NCBI RefSeq assembly: GCF_009914755.1 | Contig: NC_060942.1 | Strand: one strand, 5' to 3' | Length of the DNA: 64,000 nt | DNA from: the human T2T-CHM13v2.0 reference genome, Homo sapiens | Shown: in pieces, positions 1-17,559 of the stretch | Layout of the letters: each line of letters opens with the position of its first letter | Position numbering within the stretch: the stretch's first letter is position 1 | Notes under the pieces: model-generated | Databases searched by the model: none | Told to the model about the DNA's origin: nothing | Seen by the model: only the letters and a program-made list of their open reading frames with translations | Made by a program: the position numbers and the translations under genes

Positions 1-99
1 GCATATAAATGTGAATAGCAGCTTTATTCTTAATTTACATGTATATCTAATTTGAATATTTATGAGTATTATAAATATTACAGATATTCATATTATAAC

Positions 100-1480
100 T
101 GAATGTTCATAATTTATTCCCATTGCCAAAAACTAAAAGCAACCAAACTGCACTTCCGTAGGTATAAATAAACAATGGTACTGCCATACAATGAAATAGC
201 ACTTAGTGATAAAAAGAAACAGGTTATTGAAATGCAAAGTGTCACAAGTAAATTTTACATGTATATTGCTAAGTGAGAGAAGCTGATGTAAAAATGTTAC
301 ATGGCATATGATTACAGTTATATGACATTCTGAAAAAATCAAAACTGTAAAGGCAATTAAAAAATTAGTGATTGCCAGAGGTTTGGGTGTGAAATGTGCT
401 GGTCGAGTAGGCAAACATAAGCGGATTTTAGGATGTTAACCTATTTGTATTATATTGTAATTGTAGATATAGTTTTGTACTTGTCAAAGCTAATTGAACT
501 CCACAGCACAAAGAGTGAACTTTAATGTATATATATCTGTAAAATAGACAATCTGAAGAATCCCAAAATGGAATGCAATGTGTGACAAGAAAATCTAACT
601 ATAATATAAATAGGTGATACAACCTCAGTGAAGGAGATGGGGGAAAATGTGCTGATTGAAGTGATTTTGGAAATGAGTCTGCAAGATTAAGGACAAAAGA
701 GGAACATGAAATCACTGCGCTCTACTTGCTAAAGTTGCTTCATAGAGGAGTAAGGGTCAATAATTGTGTATATATATATTTATATATATCTCAAAATTGT
801 TGATAAATATAAATATAATATATGCTAAAAATGGAACAATGAAGCACATGAAAGAATGATGGTGAGAGCCAGATTTCTCACTGTTGGAAAGGGAATTTAC
901 AGACAAGCAAAAAGAGGAGGCTATAATTATCTACATGATAATGCAGTAAAGTTGGCAGCACCAGTATAAATTCATGTTTAGCTTAAGATAGATACAAATA
1001 ATTACATATGGAAATATTTGTAGATACATGTATATACACTGCTAAGTATACTCACATATATTTCCTTCCTCTTTCAGCTGAAGGCCTAAAAGCAACTGCA
1101 CCAAAATAGCAACTAGCACACTTAGGGTCCAGCCATTGGTTTCTAATAACATTCTCCAATAAAAGAAACCACTTATTGGAGAAGTGCCGTTCTAGAACTG
1201 AGACAGACAACACACAAGCTGAGCCTGGAGCATCTTAATAGTAACAAAATTATAAGGAAGTGTTAACAAACACAAAACCCACAAAAACTCCACAATAATG
1301 AGGCTATATAGAAGGAGCAAAGGGGACATCTGAAAGAGCCCTCAATGCCAAAACTGAAACACTTTCAGCAACAAAATAAATACTGTAAATGAATAACAAC
1401 TCAAATTATAAAATAATCATCCACCAGTGCAAATGATGTAAGTAAGTTATTAAAAAAATAAATGAAAAGGCAAACAGGAA
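100..1480 (+). mobile_element. Old L1 3' region (L1MC/L1MD-type extended 3' UTR), decayed
   Basis: Matches recalled L1M 3' UTR motifs: ATGACATTCTGAAAAAATCAAAACT, AGCCAGATTTCTCACTGTTGGA, CATTCTCCAATAAAAGAAACCA, GAGCCTGGAGCATCTT. Confidence 0.75.
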
Positions 1481-1499
1481 GTAAAGCCACAGATAAAGG

Positions 1500-1715
1500 A
1501 AGAATACAGCTAAGAGCTATAGTGGGGAAATGGGGTATTACTGTGTAGTTGGCACAGATAGATATAATGAGTTTAATGGATATAGAGCTTAGATATGAAA
1601 AGTGTTCTGGAGATTGGCTGCACAACCGTGAGAACATACCTAATACCACTGAACTGTACACTTATAAATGATTAAATGGTACATTTTATACAATGTATAT
1701 TTTATCACACTAAAA
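1500..1715 (+). mobile_element. L1M 3' terminal fragment (L1MB/ME-like)
   Basis: GTTCTGGAGAT...CCACTGAACTGTACACTTATAAATGATTAAATGGT...TATATTTTATCACA terminal motif. Confidence 0.7.
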
Positions 1716-1738
1716 TTATTACTACACTAAAAATATAA

Positions 1739-2090
<352 letters not shown>

Positions 2091-3558
2091 TGAAAAGACT
2101 TATTAATTCCACCAGTTGTTCAGTATATGACCAAAAATATCTCATGTATTATCTGTGAACAATGAGAAATTTATTTTGGTGCTGTGTTCTAAGTTCCCCC
2201 TCACCCCCGAGACATTTAAATAAATAAAAATCAACTATTAGATTATTTTGGGGGTTTGTGTCTCTGTCTATGTGCTGGGGAAGAGAACTGAAGCAGACCT
2301 GGTGGGGCAGACATATTACTTTCACCTTCCACGAGCTATTGTTTTATGTTAAGATTTTTAATAAATATTTGTTGAATATAATGTATATTCAGCATGACCT
2401 TAAATGATATTATTTATATATACGAGTTAGTAATATTTCCAGTTTACTTTTTAGATTCTCTCTCTCTCCTTTCTCTCTTTCTTTCTCTGCCCTTCCATCC
2501 CCCACTATTCCTACCTCTTTTCTTTCTTCCTCTGTCTTTCTCTCTCACTATAATTTTTGCTACCGCAGAGCAGAAAAACTTAGTGCTAACCTATGGTCCA
2601 AAGTTAATAGAACCTATGGTTGTAAATCATCCATAAATAAAACATGAAGTGAATAAAAGCACAGTTATGAAACTGACATAATTTTAGTTGTTTTGTCTTA
2701 TAACAATAACCTCCCGGTAGGAAAGAGAACTGTATTTGATCTTAAGTAAAAATGGATAATAATGAAGTTTGATTTGCTATATTACCCCCTTAATGTCACT
2801 TGTTATTCGTGCAGAAATATGCAAGCTTTGACTCTGCAGTATGTAGCCAGTAACACAATTTCAATAGAATATTGGTTGTTATGACTTTCATCATGATGTT
2901 TAATATTGAGTTGCTTGTTCTTTCACAGTGAATTAGAATTAAGAAATGCTTCAAGAAAATTGAACCTAGACTAGCATTTCAGGCTTCAGTTAATTCCTTA
3001 GTTTCTCTTTTAATGTAGTATGTAGAAATACTTATCCTTCCACTTCTCTCCATTTCTTTCCCTATCAAAGTTTACTCTTTTGCTTAGCTGATATGCCCTT
3101 TTCTTCTGAACTTAAATTCATAGACAAAAGAAATATTTTTACATCTTCTTATTCTATGTACATCATGCTTCTAACATTAATTGCAACTCAAGCAGCAAGA
3201 AAATAAATGACATTTACAGTGAGGAAGAAAAACAGATTCTGTAGTAACTTCAAGATACCAATGTAAATTAAATAAAAACTGGGAGAACTAGACTTTTTTT
3301 CACATGAATAGATATTTGCTCACAGAATAAATACAAGTTTGCTTGAGTGGAAAAACCACTGATTGGCAAAAGACAGGAGAAAGCCTGTCCTATTTTACAC
3401 ATAAATGAAATATGTTTTCAAAAATATGTATATTAAAGTTATAGAAACAATTTGAACTATTAGAAAGAACCTCTAGCCCCTCCTGCCCAAAAATCTACCG
3501 TCCTAATTAATGAGTGATTTTTTTTTTCTGCTTTTCACAACACTTAAAAAATAAATTC

Positions 3559-3870
<312 letters not shown>

Positions 3871-4526
3871 AAATAAATCCACCCTTATTCTTTCTGCAAA
3901 AAATAAGCAAGATCTAAAGTATAAATTAAAGCTTTACTTTCAAAGAAGAGAATAATATTAAAATCAACAGCAATGATTCTTTTAATACTTTTGCTATCTA
4001 ACTACATAAAAGTTAATATATTGAAGATGAGTATTTCATCATAGCTTTTTGTAGTAGAGAAAAATAATTTAATTTAAATATTTGTTTTAAAATAATATTA
4101 GCATCCTGATAATATATTATATGTAAAGACAAACATCAATACAATTCTTCACCTTCCAGGCTCTACTGGTAAGTTGCAAATGGATACTTTATTATTTTAT
4201 TTAAAAGTGCACAATTTAGATACCTGGAGTAAGTAGTCACAGCCCACGTTTTAAAAAGATTGGTGTAATTTTGCCATTTTATAACAAAAAAAGCTTGAAA
4301 TTTTTCTGAGTTGTGGTAGCTGTATTTCATTAATTTAACTGTAAACATATTTGTAATCAGAAGCCTATGCTGCGTAATGTTTACTTTAATTAAAAGTTGT
4401 CTGCAACTAAAGTGTTCACGAAGGACATGATTTCAAATTTCATATTTTCAAAGTAAAAATATTTCTCTGGAATTATAAGTAAATTAAGTGCTTCATGTAT
4501 AATGGTCTCAGATGACTGATATAAGT

Positions 4527-4551
4527 AGAGGGAGAGAGAAAGAGAGAGAGG

Positions 4552-4595
<44 letters not shown>
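4527..4595. repeat. (GA)n microsatellite
   Basis: Direct reading, with a few interruptions. Confidence 0.98.
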
Positions 4596-4596
<1 letters not shown>

Positions 4597-4597
<1 letters not shown>

Positions 4598-4942
4598 CTG
4601 TTTCTTTGGGTAGCTTTAACAGAAGTACCATAAACTAGTTGGCTTATAAATAACACATGTTTATTTTGGAGTCTTGGAACTTCAAAATCGAGGCACTGGC
4701 ATATTCAGTGTCTCACATCTGGTGAGGGCCTCACTTTACCTCATAAATGGTATCTTCTTGATGACGGAAGTGGCAAGGAAACTCACTGGAGCTTCTTTTA
4801 TAAGGACACTAATCTCACTATCAAGGCTCTGCTCTCATGATCTAATCACCTCTCATGTTCCCCATCTCCTAATACCATCACCTTGGTGGTTAGGATTCCA
4901 ATGTATGATTTTTTAGTGAATACAGACATTTTAATCATAGTG
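4597..4942 (-). mobile_element. MaLR solo LTR (MLT1A-like)
   Basis: Reverse complement of MLT1A motifs: TTATAAGGACACTAATC, CTCATGATCTAATCACCTC, CTCCTAATACCATCAC. Confidence 0.85.
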
Positions 4943-4984
4943 GATAAATAGGTATATAGAAGATAGAGATAAGGGAGGCAGACG

Positions 4985-4985
4985 T

Positions 4986-5026
<41 letters not shown>
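4985..5026. repeat. (TA)n microsatellite
   Basis: Direct reading. Confidence 0.98.
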
Positions 5027-5029
<3 letters not shown>

Positions 5030-5540
5030 CATTTTTCTGTGAAAACATATCTTCATGATATTTATTGAATTATTAATTATTCTGTTAAAATACTTGATGT
5101 GATGATGACTTAGAAATGATTTCTAGGAATGACATTGAAACTATCAACTGATTTAGGTAGATTACAGAGCTGTAATTGGTTATAAGCACTGTCATTAAGC
5201 CAAACTTAAATACTTGTCTACAGGATACAAATAAATTATTCTTGCTTTTATGAATTAAAAAAAAATAATAGTACTAAACATGCTAGTTTATGTAGATTGT
5301 TGAGCCCTTATAGATTATAGATGATTTTCCTATTTTCAATATTAATCATTTATTACAGATTAAAACATTTGAGTGTGACAGTTTTTCTCATAACAAAGAT
5401 GAAATACAGATCTCAAACGCTAGGAAAGGAAGACACCAGGAATACTTGTGTATGGCATGTGACACAAGATCTTCAAATAAATATGCACTTTATATAAATT
5501 TCATAGAATCACATGAATGAAGGAGTTTGCAAGACCACAG

Positions 5541-5780
5541 GTGACAGTTAATTTCTTGGGTCATCTTGGCTAGAGTATGGTGCCCTGTTGTTTGTTCAAA
5601 CAATAGTCTTGATATTGCTATTAATGTATTTTTACATGATAAGTATTTACAATCAGCTGAACTAAATTAAAGCAGATTATACTCCCTAATGTGGGTGGGC
5701 TTCAAACAATCAGTTGAAGGCTGTAGAGCAAAGGCTGGGTTTTCTTGAAGCAGAAAGAATTCTGCTTCAATAACTCTTGA
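5541..5780 (+). mobile_element. MLT2 (ERVL) LTR, 5' part only
   Basis: GTTAATTTC..GTCATCTTGGCTAG and AAAGCAGATTA..CTCCCTAATGTGGGTGGGC..CAATCAGTTGAAGGC; ends where the MSTA begins. Confidence 0.8.
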
Positions 5781-5784
5781 CCCC

Positions 5785-8441
<2,657 letters not shown>

Positions 8442-9109
8442 ACCACCAAATTACTACATATTAATACACTGTTGTTGCAGTTACTCTCTCTTATTTGCTT
8501 TCCTTTGAAAATATTAGTTTTCATGTTTTGATCTCTTTTTGGTTTTTACATGCCCTCATTTTATTAATTCTCTAAGCATTATTATAATCTATAATGAAGA
8601 AAAAGCAAAAGAGTTGGGTAGAAAGACAAAAATATGTTACTAAAACTAGAGTTGACTGTTTATTAAGAGAAGCTTGAAGAAATTCAGTTTTGTAATTTAT
8701 AGTTTTCTCACTATTTAAGCAACTTCAGTCAAGATCATCCATCAAACAGTATGGAGACATCCATGTGGAAATCCTAGCTTCCAGTTAAATGGGGCAATTA
8801 TTTTGTTGTTGATTATGTTATTTGTCTGTTTTTGCTTATTCCCCTGAAGGAAGAACTACTCCTTGGAATACTGAAACTAGCAAAACACCAGTGCTAAGAG
8901 ACGTAGAAACTGGTAACGCATTTTTTTTTTAAAAGTATCATTGGGAAGAATTGTGAGTGATGAAATACTCACTCCCACAATATGGTTTGTAAAATATATT
9001 TTAAAATGTGAGAAGTAATACCACATCATATAAAGCCTTATATAGGTACACTGCCCAAATTCACAAAATGTTCTATTTCTCTTTCCTCATTTGTTTTTTA
9101 TTCAGTCAT

Positions 9110-9945
9110 TTATTTATATACATATGAGCTATCACATCATTATTTTATTTTTATTATAATCCAACACTAGATTATTAATGTTTTTCTCAAGTCATTCCAA
9201 ATTTATCCATTAGGAGCTGTTTTATTTTGGCTTCTCTGATCCTTTGTCATCTCTCATCTTTTTGCTTGGGAGCTTTTCCTTCCTTTCAGATACTACAAGA
9301 TGCTACAGACTTATTTTGTTTTTTTTTTTCTAGCTCTATTTTTAGAATCAGTCATTTTTACAAAGACCTTAGATCTTTATATTTGAGAATAAAATTTAAA
9401 AACCCAGGTCTTTGCTCAGTGTTGGTTGGGTGCCAACAACCAACCTAGGACTCCTCAGGAGACAGAGCTAGAGAATATATGTATGAATACTAACCTCTGC
9501 ATCCACACATTTGTCTATGCTCATCTATACCTATACTGTCTGTAAATCCATATGTACTTATACTAAGCAAAACATGAATTTATACTGATATCTCCCATGC
9601 TAACTTAGCACCACATGATTCATTCTAGGCTTCATCCTTTGTTTACCAGTAACTTCCCTCCCAGACAGTGAGAAAACTCACTGTTGACCTTTACCTTCCA
9701 TTTGTTCAACCCTGATGTATATGTAAAGCAGTTTCAGAATTGTTAACCTGAAACCCCATGAGAAAAGACCAACTGGAATACAGTGTTTATATAAAGTTCC
9801 TTTTCTCTTTAGCCTTATAGTTTTCAGTCAAAACAATATTTTACAAGGTTACTCCTATTAGTTCCTTTTTACTGCTCACCTCCTTCAATGAGGTTATGGC
9901 ATACACTTGTAGTACGACTAAATTATTTTCCCCCAGTCTTCAGTA
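9110..9945 (-). mobile_element. Old L1 3' UTR fragment (L1MC/L1MD-type)
   Basis: Reverse-complement homology to the same UTR class as 560-1450 (TACTACAAGATGCT, ACAGTGAGAAAACT, TCAGAATTGTTAACC). Confidence 0.75.
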
Positions 9946-10713
9946 TGTTTTTTATGTATTTGGAAAATTTATATATGTACTATGCAAATTGAGAAAACAT
10001 ATATGCTACATGAGTCGTCATTTCTGTCAACACAAAGGATATAGAAAAAGCTTATTCACAAATAATATTCACAAATGTTCTACATTTTATCATGCCTTGG
10101 ACTTCTTATTGATGTGATGATGTCACATTTTTCTATTTCTTATATACTGAAGATACACAATAGGTATTAAATAATTTATTTTAATTAAGCACAGATGTAC
10201 ATATATTTATATATTAATTTGAAAATTCATTTTTAATTTTATTTTTATTACTTCTTGAACTAAGAATAATTTTATATTTTTAATTAAATAATGATTAAAT
10301 GATCACATATTGATATTATTATATTTGTCGAAATATTTCTGAACAAACATGATGGGACTGTTCGTGGTATCAATATATTTGCTAATCATAACCATAATTT
10401 AGAATCACACAGCTTGTATATATGTTTCATCATTATAATCCTAGTAAAAATGGAGATGGCAAGACTATTTTTATAGCAAAGACACGATATTTCACTAGAA
10501 AATAGAAACCAAATAATAATAAATAATTACTATTACTACATTTCAAAATACTACATTTCAAATACTGAGTGCTCAATTTACCTTGTCAACATCTGATATA
10601 ATTTTCTAAATCATAAATATAAATTGTTTATATTCTTAAATAGTTTTTAAATTTAGAAGTTTTTATGGTGCTAAAATATATATGACATGGAATTTACCAT
10701 TTTAACCATTTTT

Positions 10714-13700
10714 CCACTCTCATTATTTTTTATTGATACATAATATCTGTAACATATTTAGGGGGTATATGTGATATCTTGTTGGATGCATAGAATGTGT
10801 AATGATTAAGTCAGGATATTTAGAGTATCCATCACCTCAGTATCTATCATTCTACGTGTAAGAAACATTTCAAGTCCTCTCTTCTAGCTATTTTGAAATA
10901 CGCAATACCTTCTTGTTAACTATAGTCACCCAACCCTGTTATCAAACTTATTTCTTTTATCTAAATTGATGTTTGTACCCATTAATCAAGCTCTATCATT
11001 ATCTCCCATCCCTCACACACACCATTCTCAGCTTCTGATATCTATCATTCTACTCTCTACCTTCATGGGATCAACAGTTTTAGCTCCCACATATGAGTGA
11101 GAACACGTAATATTTGTTATTCTGTGCTCTGCTTGTATCACTTAACATGATGACTTCCAGTTCTATCCATGTTGCTGCAAATGATATGATTTTATTCTTT
11201 TATATGGCTGAGTAGTATTCCACTGTGTATATAGATCACATTTTCTTTATCCATTTATCTGATGATGGGTACTTAGTTTGATTCCATTTCTTTACTATTG
11301 CGAATAGTGCTGCAATACACATGCAAATACAGGTATTCCTTTGATATATTGATTTTTCTCCTGTGGGTAAACATGCAGTAGTAGAATTGCTATATCATAT
11401 GGTAGTGCTGCTTTTAGTTTTTTGAGAAATCACCATACTTATTCCTATAGTAGCTGCATTAATTTACATTCCCACCAGGATTGTATGAGAGTTCCCTTTT
11501 CTCTGCATCCATGCCAGCAATGTACTTTTTGTCTTTTTAATAATAGCTTTTCTAATAGGTATAAGATAATCTCTCTTTGTGATTTCGATTTGCATTTCCC
11601 TGATGATTAGTGATGTTGAGCATACTTCATACACCAGATAGCCACGTATGTTTTCTTTGAGAAATGTATATGTGTATACCCATATATATATCCTTTGCCC
11701 ACTTTTTAATAGGATATATTTTTTTTTCTGTTGAATTGTTTGGGTTTCTTTTTTACTGAGGATATTAGTTCCTTGAATAAATAGATTACAAGTACTTACT
11801 CCCATTCAACAGGTTTTCTCGACTCTATTGATTGATTCTTTTACTGTGCAGAAGCTGTTTTAGTTCAACATATTCCCATTTGTCTATTTTTGGTTTTGTT
11901 GCCTGTGACTTTGAGGTCTAAGCCATATAATCTTTACCTAGATCAATGTCCTGAAGTGTTTTCTTTAGGTTTACTTCTAGACATTTTACAATTTTGGTTC
12001 TTAAATTTATATACTTAATCCATCTTGAATTGATTTTTGTATATGTTGAGAGATAGGGGTACTGTTTAATTCTTGTGCATATAGATAACTAATTTGCCCC
12101 TCGATATTTATTGAAGAGGGTATCCTTTCCCCAATGTATGATCTTGGCAACTTCGTTACAAACTGGTTTGCTATAAACAAGTGGATTTATTTCTGAGTTT
12201 TCTGTTCTGTTCTGTTTGTCTCTCTGTCTGTTTTTAAATAAATCCCATAATGTTTTGGTTACTATATCCTTGTAATATATTTTGAGGTCAGGTAATATGA
12301 TACCTCCAGGTTTTTAAATTTTTGTTGTTGTTTGTTTTGCTCAGAATTTCTCTTTTTATTATTCCATGTAAATTTTAGAATTTTTTCTATTTCTTTGTAA
12401 AAAATGACATAGGCATTTCAATAGAGATTGTATTGAATTGGTAGATTGTTTGAGATAGTATGGTCATTTTGAAGAATTAAATATGTTAATTCTTCCCATC
12501 TATCAGCATAGAATGTCTTTACATTTTCTTGTGTCTTCTTAAATTTTTTTCATCAGGGGTTTATAGTTTTCCTTGTGGTGGTCTTTAAATATCCTTGGTT
12601 AAATTTATTTCTGGGTATTTTATATTTTGGTAGCCATTATAAAGGGGATTACTTTCTTGATTTCTTTCTCATTAAGTTAATTAGTGGTGTAAAGAAATAC
12701 AACTCATTTTTGTAGACTGGTTTTGTATTCCGCAACAATAGTGAATTTATTTATCAGATATAAGAGTTTTCGATGGAGGCTTTAGATTTTTCTCTACATA
12801 AGATCATGTCATCTGCAAAGAGAGATGATTTGAATTCCTCTTTTTTAATTTGGACATTGTTTCATTCTCTTGCTTGTTTTCTTTGGCTAGGACTTGAGTA
12901 CTATTAAATAGGAGTAGTGAAAATGGGCATCCTTGTCATGTCTTAATCCTTAGAAGCAAGCTTGTAGCTTTTACCCATTCACATTTAAGGTAAATGACAC
13001 ATATATATGTTAGCTGTCGGTATTTGACCCATGTGTTATTTACTACATTGAGGTATGTTCCATGCCTCATTTGTTGAGAGTTTTAATCATGAAAGATGTT
13101 GAAGTCCCCAACTATTATTGTATTAGAGTCCATATCTCCCTTGAGATCTAATAGTGTTTGCTCTATTATGTGGGTGCTCAGGTGTTGAGTGTATATATGT
13201 TTAGAATTGTTACATCCTCTTGATGGATTAATCCCTCTGTGATTATGTAATGACTTTGTCATTGGATGTAATTTCTCATTGGATGTAATGTCATTGGATG
13301 TAATGTCATTGGATGTCAAGGGATTGATCCTTTATAATTATGTAATGACTTTTTTTTTTTACTCTTTTTACTGTTTATCTTATATAAGTATAGCTACTCC
13401 TGCTCCTTTTTGGTTTCTGTTTGCATGGAATATCTTTTTCTGTCTCTTTACTTTTAGTCCACCATATGTGTCTTTACAGGTGAGATGAAGTTCGTGTAGG
13501 CAGCATATAGTTTAATCATGTTTTTCAATCCATTCAGTCAGCCTATATATTATATGTGAAAAGTTCAATCTGTATACATTCAAGGTTATTCTTGATATAT
13601 GAGTGTTTACTTCTGTCATTTTATTAATTGATTTTTTATTGTTTTGTATATCTTTCATCACTTTCTTTATCTGTTATTGTTTATCACTGTGGTTGGGTGG

Positions 13701-16029
13701 TTTTCTGTAGTGGTAACATCTGAGGTCTCTCTCTTCCTCATTTGTGTGTTTGCTTTACCACTGACTTTTATACTTTCATGTGTTTTCATGATGGTACATA
13801 TCATCCATTCACTTCCAAGTGTCAGACTCCCTTAAGCATTTCTTGTAGGTCCAGTCTAGTGGTGATGAATTCCCACAACTTTGCTTGTCTCAGAATGACT
13901 ATTTCTCTCATTTATGAAGAATGACTTTGGAGCGTACCATATCCTTAGCTGGTAAGTTTTTTTTTTTCTTTCAGCACTTTAAATATATTGTTCAATTCTG
14001 TCCTGGCCTTGTAGTTTCTGCTGAGAAATCTGCTGTTAATCTTAAGGTGGTTCACTTAAATGTACCTAGTTGGATTATTTCAAATGACGGTTTTCTAGTT
14101 CTGAAATTCTTTAATTTGCTTGATCTGGTGTATTGTTGAAGCTTTCAAATGTATTTTATGTTTTATTCAATGAATCTTTTGGTTAAATAATTTCTGTGTG
14201 GTTCTTTGTTATGATCTCTACCTCTTTTGAACATTTCTTATTCACATGATGAATTATTTTTCTGTTTTTCATTTTATTTTTTCCAAGTTCTCTCATATCT
14301 CACTAAGCTTCTTTAATATCATTATTTTGAATTCCTTTTCTGGGATTTCATAAAAAGATTTTTTTCATTGGAATCTTTTGGTGGGTAATTATTGTGTTTC
14401 TTTGGAGGTGTCATATTTCTTTTTTTTTTTCTTGCGTCTTTATGTTGATATCTGTGCACCTGGGGTAATAGTCCCTTCATCCAATCATTCGAATTTGCTT
14501 TACTGGGTGAGGACTTTTTCTTGATATATCTGTGGTGTTAGTTGTATAGGACACCTGGGCTTTGATTCTGCACAGTCTCTATATGATTTTTGGGCTGTAA
14601 ACAGTATCAGTAGTGTCTGTGATTTCCTCACTGCCTTAGGGTGTAGTTGTTAGTGAAGGCTCTGATGAAGTCTTCCTGTAGATGGCGACATCAAGTTGGC
14701 CAGTCCTCAGGCTCCACTGGTGGCAGTGGCAGGCCAAGCTTCCTTATCCCTGAGCCCCAGGGTGGTGTATGCTGGCAACAGTGTCAGTGAGTCCAGATAA
14801 AGCATTTTTGGGGTTTTCAGGTGTTTTGTTTGGTTGCTGGCAGTGATAATGGAAGGTGGGGTTGGTGAGTGGGTCCATGAGCCCCTGGGCAGTCAGTGTG
14901 GCATGGCAATGGCAATAGCAATGGCAGGACAAGTTTCAAGCAGTCCACACTCGTGTTGGCGGTGGCTGCAATGGGCTGGGTAAACTAGTCCCCAGGCCCA
15001 TGAGTGGCATGCAGGTGGGTGCCAGCTATGGTGGTAATGTCAGGTTGGGTGGGTGCTTACTCAGGCCACTTTGAGGATTACTCAAGTGCTAATAATGGTG
15101 GTGGATAGGGCAGGGCAATCCCCAGGCTTCTACTTGATATACTCGGGTACTAGGGGTGGTGGAGCCTGGCCAGGTGGGCCTATCCTCAGGCCCTCCACCA
15201 GTGTGTATTGGTGCTGGCTGTGGTAGGATAAGTGAGTTGATTCCCAGTTTCCCAGCACAATATTTGGATGGGGGCAGCGACCCTGCTGCTGGGAGGGAGG
15301 GCTGCTTTCAGTGGCAGCAACTATAAACAGGTGGCTGGGGAGTACATGCATCAGCCCCAGGTGGTGGCTATAAGTGAGGTACCCCTTCCTTGGTGTGCTT
15401 TTCAATATATCATGGCCCTGCTACTGGGGGTAGCAGGGTCACTGCCATTGGCTCATGCTTTAACTTCGTAGCAGCAGCCCGAAGAGGCACTTGGCTGCAA
15501 GTAGAGGATGTTAATGGTGCTTCAGGGATGTGAAGATGTAAGTATTGTTGGGCCCCAGAACAAGATCCAGTATGATAGAGGCTAAGCTCTCAAAATGGAA
15601 CTTTGTTATAGCTGCTTAGGACTCAAGTGGTGATGTGGGACCCTGCATGAGCTTCCTCTAGGGAGTCGTAGCCTTGCACAGTCTCTAGGCAACTCCTTAT
15701 TTTAACCTCAAGACCCCTGTAGGTTGAGGGATTCTCTCGTGGCTAGGTTTGCAGGAGTCCACAGTAAAAATGTGGACCACCGAGTGTCACTCACTTACCT
15801 TTTCCTCACATTGGGGAGCCTCTCCAGACTTCCAGCTGATCTCACTAAGCCAGTTGTCTTACTTCCTTCTCCTTCCTTACCTTAATTTTTCCTGTAATTT
15901 ATTTGTTGAATTCCAGCATTCTCTCTTAAGTGATCTACTGGAAGAGTAGTTATCTACTTGCTATTTCAGTTCTTCTTTGCGGAGGAGGCGTGTACCAGAT
16001 GACTCTAGTCAGCCATTTTGAAACTACTT
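10714..16029 (-). mobile_element. L1MA2/3-type LINE-1 with both 5' and 3' ends, internally deleted
   Basis: 3' UTR at 10.72-11.4 kb; ORF2 remnants including EN motif TIIVGDFN in ORF 13083-13319; ORF1 remnant; GC-richer 5' UTR ending in a YY1-like CAAAATGGCTGAC; perfect 17-bp TSD CCATTTTAACCATTTTT at 10697-10713 and 16030-16046, splitting an older L1M 3' end. Confidence 0.92.
13259..13320. repeat. Four-copy ~15-bp tandem repeat TCATTGGATGTAATG
   Basis: Units at 13259, 13276, 13291 and 13306. Confidence 0.95.
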
Positions 16030-16213
16030 CCATTTTAACCATTTTTAGATGTACAGTTCAGTCAAGTACATTCACATTGTGCATGTTTAGAAGATTATAT
16101 ACTTAGTTTCATTTACAACATCTAAATGCTGACTGAAGTTTGAAACCTTGCCCCGACTCATCAGAAGTTTCAAAGTAATATAACCCAACTGCTACTGAAA
16201 TAAGACAGTATAA

Positions 16214-16590
<377 letters not shown>

Positions 16591-17559
16591 TTTGCTATAT
16601 TTTAAAATATATTTTTATTATAAGATCTTTCTGGAAATATAAGAAAGCAACCAACAATACTGGCTTCATACAATGCAGAAATTTCAGGGTCATTATTTAT
16701 TGTATAATGTTTAGTGTAAAATAATTACATTTGCAATAAATGTTTATTTCAAATTTTAGATACCATATTGTAGTTTCCTAAACCATTTTGAATAGAGCAG
16801 AATTCAATTTTAAAGGTAATATTGAGTTTTACAAAGCAAGAGTCAGTTTTATTAGTATTACTACATATTTCACAAAAAAGCAAATAAATAATGATGGTAT
16901 TATGAATAACACAGAGTCCATTTAACTCATGAATGGAAAAAGCAGGCTCCTGAAAAAGCATAGATAGGATATATAGAACTGCTTAACTGCCAAAACATTT
17001 AGTTAAATAATATTTACTCCTATGAGCAAGAGGCTTATATCTCAGTTGGTTAAACAACATTGTCAAAGATAGAGAAAATACAGAAATAGACAAAATACAG
17101 TTTTTGGTTTCTAAGATTACATTTGTTTAACACATACGGATTTCAAGAAGCAACATTCAAATATTTAAAACATAAGCATGAAACAATCAAATAAACCTTA
17201 AATGAATGTATCTTCAGTTTCTCATCTCCTCACCCAAGTGGACCAAAAATCATAGTTAATACAAGTCTATAACCAGATAGGTTGCCTATTTCTTATCTCC
17301 GTCTAAATTAATAGCCTGCAACAAGCAGGAGAGATGGGGATAAAATCCAATTAATGCCTGTACTGTGAGTACAGAGTTGCACTGATATTCAGTAACTTGG
17401 GTCACAGAAATTGCAATGCAGAAAATATAGTCTGAAAGATATCATTTTCTAGTCTTTCGAGCATTTTCCATCACAGAAATTTCAAACTTTCCTCCTTTTT
17501 CAAAGCTTGTTCATTACTGTCAGCAAATATATGGGGTCCACATATGAAGAACCTGAGTA

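Noticed and set aside
14400-16029. GC-richer segment that could be a promoter or exon cluster
   Set aside because: It is the L1 5' UTR on the minus strand, bounded by the TSD and CpG-depleted.
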